The notes under the pieces: generated by a model
Told to the model about the DNA's origin: nothing
The model's database searches: none
What the model saw: only the letters and a program-made list of their open reading frames with translations
NCBI GenBank assembly: GCA_037137755.1
Contig: JBAXJR010000054.1
Location: 1-13,828, forward strand
Direction: 5' to 3'
DNA length: 13,828 nucleotides
Source: Methanomicrobiales archaeon
GTDB lineage: Archaea > Halobacteriota > Methanomicrobia > Methanomicrobiales > Methanospirillaceae
Translations under genes and position numbers: made by a program
Shown here: positions 6,964 through 13,828 of the stretch, one piece after another
How positions within the stretch are numbered: position 1 is the first letter of the stretch
Layout of the letters: every line of letters starts with the position of its first letter

Positions 6964-7401
6964 ATGTCAACTGTTGAGGAAAATATGCGTCTTATGCAGA
7001 CGCTTGATGATGCATGGAATTCCCAGGACTGGGAAACATTTAATAAACGCCACGCAGCCGAGGTCGATGTATTCTGGCCAGGGCAGGCAGATCCGACCCA
7101 TAGCCGGCATAATCATAAGGAAGAGGCAGTAGCATTTTTTAAAATTTTCCCGGATAATAAAGTGGGAAACAGGCCTTACAAGATATTTTTCGGTCAGGGA
7201 GATTACACCTGTTCGGTTGCCGATTTCACCGGGACTTTCAAGGGCCCGATGACTGCTCCGGACGGCAAGGTAATCCCGCCGAATGGCAAGAAATTCAAGG
7301 TAGATTTTTGCACGGTCGCCCATTGGAAAAATGGTGAGATCGTCGAGGAGAAACTCTTCTATGACAAGATCTCCCTGATGCAGCAGATCGGCCTGATGTG
7401 A
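6964..7401 (+). CDS. SnoaL-like / ester cyclase (NTF2-fold) protein, 145 aa
   Basis: LDDAWNSQDW...FPD...FGQGDY...FTGTFKGP...IPPNGKKFKVDFCTVAHWKNGEIVEE is a typical SnoaL-family pattern. SD AGGAG precedes ATG 6964, so the track start at 6685 is too long. Confidence 0.9.
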   Translation: MSTVEENMRLMQTLDDAWNSQDWETFNKRHAAEVDVFWPGQADPTHSRHNHKEEAVAFFKIFPDNKVGNRPYKIFFGQGDYTCSVADFTGTFKGPMTAPDGKVIPPNGKKFKVDFCTVAHWKNGEIVEEKLFYDKISLMQQIGLM

Positions 7402-7423
7402 GAATCCACATCAATAACACAGC

Positions 7424-7430
7424 TTTTTTT
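7424..7430 (+). terminator. Oligo-T terminator candidate
   Basis: T7 run 22 nt after the SnoaL-like stop codon. Confidence 0.45.
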
Positions 7431-7470
7431 AGTAACTGACACTAAAAACGGATAAAGGAAAAGAATTGTT

Positions 7471-8172
7471 ATGGAAGGAAAAAACGAAAATCCCGGTGAT
7501 GCAGGGAAGAATTCAATGAAGATCACCGTGAGCAAAAACGGCCCCTTTATCGTATCAGGCGGGGTCCCACTCATCCAGGAGGAGATTTGCAATGATGAGG
7601 AGGGTTACTGCCGGAACTGGCGGGAGGCAAAGAAGTTTCCTGTCCAGGAGCAGTATGCACTTTGCAGGTGCGGACATTCTAATAACAAGCCCTTCTGTGA
7701 CGGGACGCATGCGAAGGTCCACTTTGAAGGCACAGAAACTGCAGGGAACGAATCATATCTCCGCCACCCGAAGATCATAAAGGGACCTGAACTGGAACTG
7801 GCTGATTACGAAGGTCTCTGTGTCCATGCACGGTTCTGCATGCGGGCAGGTGGGATCTGGAATCTCACGGAACAGTCCGATATACCCGATGCGAAGAAAA
7901 CTGCAATAGAAGAGGCGTGCAATTGTCCATCCGGCCGGCTTGTGATTCGCGACCGGAAGACCGGAGAAACGATTGAACCGGAACTGGAAAAGTCCATCGT
8001 CATCATCGAGTATCCTGCACGTGGGGAGCATGGACCTCTATGGGTGCGTGGCGGTATCCCTGTCGTGTCATCCGATGGGAAAGTGTACACCATCAGGAAC
8101 CGGGTCACACTCTGCCGGTGCGGGAAATCATGGAATAAACCATTTTGCGACGGGAGCCACGTGGAACGGTAA
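7471..8172 (+). CDS. CDGSH iron-sulfur domain protein (two CDGSH domains flanking a divergent ferredoxin-like domain)
   Basis: LCRCGHSNNKPFCDGTH and LCRCGKSWNKPFCDGSH, with central CVHARFC...CPSGRL. Confidence 0.93.
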   Translation: MEGKNENPGDAGKNSMKITVSKNGPFIVSGGVPLIQEEICNDEEGYCRNWREAKKFPVQEQYALCRCGHSNNKPFCDGTHAKVHFEGTETAGNESYLRHPKIIKGPELELADYEGLCVHARFCMRAGGIWNLTEQSDIPDAKKTAIEEACNCPSGRLVIRDRKTGETIEPELEKSIVIIEYPARGEHGPLWVRGGIPVVSSDGKVYTIRNRVTLCRCGKSWNKPFCDGSHVER

Positions 8173-8254
8173 TTGCTATACGATTCGGAGAGTATGGATT
8201 GAACAAGAGATCCAGGAATTGGGTGGTCGGATGACAGGGAAAATGAGGTAGAAT

Positions 8255-8731
8255 ATGGCACTTACCGACGCACAAAACCTGTTCACCTTATTTTTCGCTA
8301 TTTATTTTGGTATGATGGTAGGTCGCTCCCATGAAATGTACAGGCCATGGGACACCTACCATGCCTGGAAGGGAAGGTCTCAAAATATCAGGCGCCTGGT
8401 TACGGCATGGATAATTTTATTTATCCTTCCACTCTTTCAATTTGCAGTCTTATTTGCCCTTCTTGGTTCTGTTTATATCCCATTCGATTTTACGATGGCC
8501 GGCATTGCCAATATTGTCCTGATCGGGTTCGGTTCGTTTTTCGAATTCGGATATTTCAGGATTTACGAGGCGTTCCTGCACAGTTATCCGGAATCGTTTT
8601 TTTCGGATGAAGAATTATCAGAGATGAAGGAATCGGGCAAAATCCACCCTGGATTTTGGGCACACTTTATGCCCGGGGTATTATATGTAATCCTCTCAAT
8701 TATGGCGGTGCTCATCGCAATTTATTATTGA
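8255..8731 (+). CDS. Hypothetical integral membrane protein, about 4 TM helices
   Basis: SD GAGGT and four long hydrophobic segments. Confidence 0.85.
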   Translation: MALTDAQNLFTLFFAIYFGMMVGRSHEMYRPWDTYHAWKGRSQNIRRLVTAWIILFILPLFQFAVLFALLGSVYIPFDFTMAGIANIVLIGFGSFFEFGYFRIYEAFLHSYPESFFSDEELSEMKESGKIHPGFWAHFMPGVLYVILSIMAVLIAIYY

Positions 8732-8819
8732 CCCGATTGAAAATCAAGCCAGTGTCTTAATAAAAAGATAAAAGGATGAAGATTGGCCCTCTCCGGAATC
8801 AGATCCGGCAGATGGCCCG

Positions 8820-9437
8820 TTATTGCATGCCAAGCCCAATCATCGCACCATACTTCGAATATACTTCCTTTACCAGTTCACCCGATTTCGGGTTCGCCCA
8901 GTCGTGCATCCATTCCGATACCAGTGATTCAACCGTGATCGGGATTACTCCTGCCTGGAGCATCCGTTTGATCCCGTACTTGTGGGCAGCACAGGTCGAG
9001 TCTCCGGCGGCATCTACCAGTCCGTATACTTCATACCCGTCCTTCAACGCATGGAGAGCCGTATAAGCAAAGCACATACTCGTCCAGAGCCCGGATACCA
9101 CCAATTTCCTGCGTCCTGTTTTCTTAAAGGCATTGTAGACCGGTTCATCTTCAAACGCATCGAAACTGAGTATCGTCCGTGAGAACACTTCCTGTTTTGG
9201 AAATATCCTCGTAATATCTCCAATGAATTCCCCGTTTCTCTGTGGTCCGATTGTTGTTAGTATAACAGGGATATCAAGGATACTGGCGGCCTTTGCAGCA
9301 CAGGTGGCAGCAGCCCGGATGAGGACCTTGTCCCCGGAGGCGACACCTGCAAACATTGCAGGCTGGTAGTCAACAAGCACGAGGGCACTATTCTTATCGC
9401 TCAACAATTCGAATTTTCCATCGTTTGGATTTACCAT
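8820..9437 (-). CDS. Isochorismatase-family cysteine hydrolase (YcaC-like)
   Basis: ALVLVDYQP, IPVILT, GRRKLVVSGLWTSMC (catalytic Cys), GYEVY..VDAAG, RMLQAGVIP, EWMHDW; SD AGGGAG. Confidence 0.92.
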   Translation of the reverse strand: MVNPNDGKFELLSDKNSALVLVDYQPAMFAGVASGDKVLIRAAATCAAKAASILDIPVILTTIGPQRNGEFIGDITRIFPKQEVFSRTILSFDAFEDEPVYNAFKKTGRRKLVVSGLWTSMCFAYTALHALKDGYEVYGLVDAAGDSTCAAHKYGIKRMLQAGVIPITVESLVSEWMHDWANPKSGELVKEVYSKYGAMIGLGMQ

Positions 9438-9546
9438 TGTTTAAGTCTCCCTTAATGATATCTGGATCTCCCATACTACCTCTATAGATATTCGGGTATC
9501 CACGAATCTGTAGCCAGAGAAGAAAAAATGAAATATTGCAAGATAA

Positions 9547-9951
9547 TTATTTTTCTGTTGGTTTTCCGTCGAAATGCTCTTCCTTATCGATGGCTTCCTG
9601 CTTCGTCTTCCGCACAACCTTGTCCAAGTGCTCCGGCGGGGAGTATATTGTGTACAGTTTGAGATTTTTGGTGGCGGAAGTGTTGATTACGTTGTGTTTC
9701 GCGCCGGATGGCACTATTACACCGCTGCCATCTTTCACGACGTGCCGGGTGGCATCGATCACAACAACTCCCTCACCCTCTTCGAAGCGGAAGAACTGGT
9801 CAACGTCGTCATGTGTTTCCTCACCGATATCCTCCTTCGGTTTGAGGCACATCAGGACCAGCTGACTGTATTTTCCCGTATACAGTACCCTGCGGAAATC
9901 CGTGTTCTTTTTTGTTACTTCTTCAAGATTGTCTGCAAAACCTTTCTTCAT
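9547..9951 (-). CDS. Cupin domain protein
   Basis: SQLVLMCLKPKEDIGEETHDDVDQFFRFEEGEG...VPSGAKHNVIN...LKLYTIYSPPEH; SD GAGGTGA. Confidence 0.93.
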   Translation of the reverse strand: MKKGFADNLEEVTKKNTDFRRVLYTGKYSQLVLMCLKPKEDIGEETHDDVDQFFRFEEGEGVVVIDATRHVVKDGSGVIVPSGAKHNVINTSATKNLKLYTIYSPPEHLDKVVRKTKQEAIDKEEHFDGKPTEK

Positions 9952-10108
9952 TTTTCTTCACCTCTTATGTATCCTGATAAATTCTCCATGTAACCGTTCT
10001 GTCAGTTTCATACTCTACGCCACAAATGAGGCACATTCTGCCCGGAACTATACCGTCGAAGTACCGGGTAAATGATCCCATCGGGCTTATGCTATCAGAT
10101 TCCTAACG

Positions 10109-10414
10109 TTATATCTTGGTGACTTTATCCATTTTCAGCACTTTCTTGGCGACAATGAAGACGACCAGTGCGACAATGACAAAGTAAATCAGGTCTGAAA
10201 GGAACGGGCCCCATCCGATTGCGAAGGGACCAATATGGGCTACTGCCGTTTTCCAATCCCCGCCGGGAATTATTACCGCGATGATTGGCATAATCAGGTT
10301 ATCTACAAAAGATTTGACAAGGGCTGATGCAGCGACACCTATTATGAAGGCAATCGCGAGACCGATGATCTTATACTCCTGCAGAAATTCCATAAACTCA
10401 GACATAAAACTCAT
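10109..10414 (-). CDS. mscL: Large-conductance mechanosensitive channel MscL family
   Basis: EFMEFLQEYKIIGLAIAFIIGVAASALVKSFVDNLIMPII...WGPFLSDLIYFVIVALVVFIV. The likely start is ATG 10414 rather than 10456. Confidence 0.92.
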   Translation of the reverse strand: MSFMSEFMEFLQEYKIIGLAIAFIIGVAASALVKSFVDNLIMPIIAVIIPGGDWKTAVAHIGPFAIGWGPFLSDLIYFVIVALVVFIVAKKVLKMDKVTKI

Positions 10415-10656
10415 CTTCTTCACATCCTGTATAGGTTGTAAATATTTTTCAGACACGATAAAATGATAGGATTGTTCAGGCGTATTATGAGGCCATATGA
10501 AAACTGCTCTCTATGATTTTCCAGGTTACCCGAACATAAATGCTCGATGAGATATGGTGAATTGCCCACAATTTCATAATAATTTCCTCTTACCCCAAAT
10601 TCAGAGGGATATCTATATCGTTCATAAGATCCACTATCTGCCTGAGGTAACATAGC

Positions 10657-10890
10657 ATGGTAAATATCGGAGGACTAGGCGGAATTATAAGTGGCGGACT
10701 CAGCTCTCCCGAAGGGAAGGAACAAATAATGAAATTTCTTACATCCCCGGAAGGAATGGCAATGATCCAGCAGTTTATTGGAAGTCCCGAGGGAAAACCT
10801 CTTGCGGGGCAACTTCTGATGCCGATACTGGGGAATCTCGGGGTTCCTGAAACGGTTTCACAACCGTTACAGCAGTACCTCCCCAAATAA
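10657..10890 (+). CDS. Small hypothetical protein, 77 aa, with three 12-aa SPEG helical repeats
   Basis: SD GAGGT; LSSPEGKEQIMK / FLTSPEGMAMIQQ / FIGSPEGKPLAG; T-rich tract after the stop. Confidence 0.8.
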   Translation: MVNIGGLGGIISGGLSSPEGKEQIMKFLTSPEGMAMIQQFIGSPEGKPLAGQLLMPILGNLGVPETVSQPLQQYLPK

Positions 10891-11190
10891 TTGAATTTCT
10901 GTTTTTTCTATAATACGGAATATTAAGTATTTCCGTTAAAATTGTGCAATCGTTTTTTTCGAAATGTTCAGCCTGATCCATGGTAAGTACCATTCCTATA
11001 CACGGAATTGCCCTTTGCTTCCTCATTCTAAACGTTGCGAAGACTATTACAGAAAAACAATGAGCTAGGCCAGCCACCCAAAAAAAATACAGAAACAGAA
11101 AATCGTCGCACCCAGGTGAGTGAAAGCAAAGGAGTGGCTGGCGTTAGTGGAGGTGTCACAACGGATACTCTTGTTTGAGTGTTTTCATTC

Positions 11191-11531
11191 TCACGCCGAG
11201 GATAACGTCGGTAATATGATTCCTTTCCTGAGCGTACCTGCAATCAGGGATTTCTGATCCTGGTATTCTTCCGTGGTCAGGGTGATTACATCGAGAGGGA
11301 CTGTGAATTTTTTCACGGTATGCATTTCCGCATCTTTTGTGAGGAGTGCCCGATCAAAAATATCCCGGTTTGCAAAATCATCAGAAATTATTGCGATGTC
11401 GATATCACTTCCGGGTATTGAAGTACCTGTGCTGGATGAGCCGAACAGGTGAGGTTGTTGATCCGGATTCCATTATTCCTGATTTGTGAACTGAAAAAAT
11501 TTACCGCTTCGAGGACCTTTGCATCAACCAT
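11191..11531 (-). pseudogene. Minimal nucleotidyltransferase (MNT), frameshifted
   Basis: Hand reconstruction gives MVDAKVLEAVNFFSSQIRNNGIRINNL/LFGSSSTGTSIPGSDIDIAIISDDF...PLDVITLTTEEY...LSSA*, with the GS-x10-DxD motif. The 341-nt span is 1 nt short of a whole number of codons; the break is near 11450. Confidence 0.88.
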
Positions 11532-11889
11532 GTGAGGATCTCCTTTGTCTCTGCAATGGTTTTCTGTGTCTTTGTTTTGTTATATTGTTCAAGGATCACT
11601 TCAAGGTTATGGGGATAACGCCCGGTAACCCCGATACGGTTGATAATAAACAGAGCGTCCAGATTTTGCTGCGGCAACTCTAGTTCAAGAAGTTCAACCA
11701 GATAGATTAGGCTGTGGGTCTTTTCCGGATTGTCATTAAATTTTTCTATGTATAATGCTTTTAAGGCTTTTTCCAGTGCAAGATGGCAGAAGAATATCGC
11801 CGGGGGATATCGTTCTGCCGAGACGAGAGATTCGGCATGCCAAGATCATATTGTGCCTGTCGAAACCATTCGCCTGAATCACTTGCCAT
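11501..11889 (-). pseudogene. HEPN domain protein, frameshifted
   Basis: Hand reconstruction gives MASDSGEWFRQAQYDLG/AESLVSAERYPPAIFFCHLALEKALKALY...KTHSLIYL...GRYP...KEILTWL. The 389-nt span is 1 nt short; the break is near 11838. The gene overlaps the MNT start. Confidence 0.88.
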
Positions 11890-12055
11890 TATAGAAAATC
11901 CTCAACTAATTCTTTATCTTGGGTATGCTGTCTGATAATATATTGTTTCATTTCTTCCCGAACACCTTTCTCTTCTCAACCCTGCTTTCTACTCTTGCTA
12001 TGCAATTCCTTGAAATGAGTCTTAAGATCATTTCCCTGGTAATCCGGGGAGAAAA

Positions 12056-12814
12056 TCAGGTAGATGAGGTAAACGAGCTCCACCTAACCCTTCCATTCAC
12101 CCCAAATGCCCCACCAGCCCCGATCTGCTCGTGCACAGCATGAACATATCCGAGAGCTGAAGTATTCCCGATGCCCGTCAGAGACCGCGATCCAGCAGAG
12201 AACTGGCCCGAGCCGTGACCGGTTGCCTCCATGTTCATCAGCATATTATCCGGTTGCCCGGTGTCACCCTGGCTGATCTCACCAGCCGAATGGTAATTCA
12301 AAGCATCAGTCATGAACATCGTTGAAACCCCTGCGTATTCGCAATAGGCCTGGCGAGTAAGGTTTGCTCCCTCTGCATCGAGTGAGTCAGATCCGCAAGT
12401 AACACCTGCAGCCGGTGACCCGACTGAGTAAACCATAAGCGACTCAGTTAAAATCCCTGGCCCCTGGCTGTCCACCTGCTGACCTGTCGAGAACTCAAGA
12501 GTATCATCCGCCGACAAAGACCTATCTCCTGAGTACGTCACAGGACCGTTCACCAGGACTGATCCTGAATATCCACCACTAAGTACCTCCGGACTGATTC
12601 CAAGCGGAGGAACCTTAGTCATATCCCCGTCCGAAGCCATCCACGACCATTCCGAAGAGCTCGACAATCCTTGATCTCCACTTGCCGATATCGCCACCTC
12701 GCAAGAGGCAGCCTGGGCCGGGGTAATCCCGGTACACGCCACCCCGAGCACAACGGCAGCGAAAATGCAACCGCCAATGACCAGCTTTCTCCGCTGCATC
12801 AGTCGCTTAATCAT
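12056..12814 (-). CDS. Predicted secreted/surface protein, 252 aa, Ser/Gly/Thr-rich
   Basis: Basic N-terminus, hydrophobic core and an AQA-A cleavage-like site; ATGA overlap with the upstream gene. Confidence 0.85.
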   Translation of the reverse strand: MIKRLMQRRKLVIGGCIFAAVVLGVACTGITPAQAASCEVAISASGDQGLSSSSEWSWMASDGDMTKVPPLGISPEVLSGGYSGSVLVNGPVTYSGDRSLSADDTLEFSTGQQVDSQGPGILTESLMVYSVGSPAAGVTCGSDSLDAEGANLTRQAYCEYAGVSTMFMTDALNYHSAGEISQGDTGQPDNMLMNMEATGHGSGQFSAGSRSLTGIGNTSALGYVHAVHEQIGAGGAFGVNGRVRWSSFTSST

Positions 12815-13203
12815 GTCGCCTCTGTCTTTCCTGATCCCTTGATGAGCCCGTATTCAATATCATACCAGGTAGATGGGACGGTAATCGTGTAGGTGTCAAG
12901 CCTCTCCGCTTCAGCCTCCGCCACCTGCCGGAGCAGGCTTTCCTGCTCGATCGGCGAATGGTCGAATGTGAGCCACCGCTTCGTGCTGTCGGTCATCTTG
13001 TACGATCGGCCCGGGACCTCTGATGGTGCAGATGTCACCGTATCGTCAGTCGGGTCAAAGTAGCTCAGTACCTGGCTGGTTGTTGCAGATGCAGCGTTTG
13101 CCGAAACTGTCGCTTTCGTCGCTCTCGTGTGCTGCATGTATGCGATGAACGCAGCAGCAAGCGTAATCAGAATCTCAATGAGGTTGGTTAATTCCGGATC
13201 CAT
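12811..13203 (-). CDS. Hypothetical protein with an N-terminal membrane anchor, 130 aa
   Basis: SD AAGGAG; TM segment LIEILITLAAAFIAYM followed by a soluble domain. Confidence 0.85.
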   Translation of the reverse strand: MDPELTNLIEILITLAAAFIAYMQHTRATKATVSANAASATTSQVLSYFDPTDDTVTSAPSEVPGRSYKMTDSTKRWLTFDHSPIEQESLLRQVAEAEAERLDTYTITVPSTWYDIEYGLIKGSGKTEAT

Positions 13204-13357
13204 GATGTTCTCCTTTTATTTTCTCATGCTCCGCACGCAGGGCCTCGAACTCCGCACAAATTACCTCATACTTCCCGATTTTCTCATAAATCAAGAAAAG
13301 CGAAGGGTAAAGCGGAAGTACGACGCCGAGGATAAGGGCCGTAGTTTCAATATCCAT
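13175..13357 (-). CDS. Small membrane protein (TM helix plus coiled coil), 60 aa
   Basis: Strong SD GAGGAGGT; TM ALILGVVLPLYPSLFLIY; overlaps the next gene's start. Confidence 0.75.
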   Translation of the reverse strand: MDIETTALILGVVLPLYPSLFLIYEKIGKYEVICAEFEALRAEHEKIKGEHHGSGINQPH

Positions 13358-13436
13358 AGTGGACCTCCTCGAACAGGGAGGCCGAGAATAGAAGGAGCAG
13401 GGATTAGGTCCGGCTCTCCCGTGTTCAATTAGCTGT

Positions 13437-13828
13437 TCAGGCGAGTGCGGGCTTTGTGTTGGCCCAGGTGTTCACGCGGGCGACAATCGCATTGTCCTCG
13501 TATGAGGAAATGGTGACGGTCTTCCTGGCCAACGTGACGGTATAGTCCTCGCCGTTTGCATCGTGACAAGTCAGCGAAATGGAATACCCTTCGCCTTCAG
13601 TGTCCTGGATGGGGTCTCCGCCGATTGCGGTTGCGAGTGCCGTGTTTCCGACAAGTGCGGCCGCAGCAGCGGTATAGCCTGCAACGGTTGATGCCTTTGC
13701 AGTGGCAGTACCCATGTTCTTCAGGGTTGTGGGGTTTTCATAGACCACACGGATGCCGAATGACTGTGAACCACGGACGGTACCGGGATGAGTCTCACCG
13801 GCTACAACGTGGTCCACGCACTGGAATG
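13437..13828 (-). CDS. Conserved hypothetical protein, 5'-truncated by the window edge
   Basis: The frame stays open to position 13828 (...FQCVDHVVAGETH...). The C-terminus L-x-CHD-x-NGE-x-Y-x-V...SY-x-D...V-x-TWA...PALA resembles a family I recall from Methanomicrobiales genomes (unverified). Confidence 0.8.
   Translation of the reverse strand, partial: FQCVDHVVAGETHPGTVRGSQSFGIRVVYENPTTLKNMGTATAKASTVAGYTAAAAALVGNTALATAIGGDPIQDTEGEGYSISLTCHDANGEDYTVTLARKTVTISSYEDNAIVARVNTWANTKPALA

Noticed and set aside
11028-11243. ORF 11028..11243 on the minus strand
   Set aside because: It overlaps the 3' end of the MNT pseudogene in another frame and has no support.
6240-13403. 16/17-nt inverted match TCCC(G/T)GCTCCTTCTATT at 6240-6256 and 13387-13403 as terminal inverted repeats
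   Set aside because: By a rough estimate, on the order of one such match is expected by chance in a window this size. There is no transposase or target duplication, and the right copy lies inside a gene module.
1-13828. cas genes, integrase, transposase, tRNA or rRNA
   Set aside because: No diagnostic motifs or structures were recognised in the window.

Overview
This looks like archaeal DNA, probably from a Methanomicrobiales-type methanogen (inferred from TATA boxes, oligo-T terminators, GGAGG/GGTGA Shine-Dalgarno sites and protein families recalled from that group). (1) 1-1297: the distal part of a CRISPR array with 20 identical 32-bp type I-C-like repeats and 19 spacers; no cas genes or leader are in the window. 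(2) 1366-6000, minus strand, converging on the array: a translationally coupled plasmid/virus-like replication operon. It is built around a 1034-aa protein that fuses an AEP primase-polymerase, a Zn finger, an AAA+ helicase, an HTH and two further Zn fingers, and it includes micro-ORFs absent from the supplied track. The large gene contains a 28-nt pure A/T tract that could be an internal origin. (3) about 6100-6830: a non-coding control region with hairpins and five TTTGGT-NNN-CAA-type repeats resembling integrase arm sites or iterons. (4) 6964-10890: stress/metabolic cargo (SnoaL-like, CDGSH Fe-S, membrane protein, isochorismatase-family hydrolase, cupin, MscL, SPEG-repeat protein). (5) 11191-11889: a HEPN-MNT pair in which both genes carry a single-base frameshift. 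(6) 12056-13828: a minus-strand module of a secreted protein, two small membrane proteins and a conserved hypothetical protein cut by the window edge. The best candidate for an undescribed system is an integrated primase-helicase replicon abutting, or carrying, a CRISPR array. No database searches were possible, so family calls rest on motifs.
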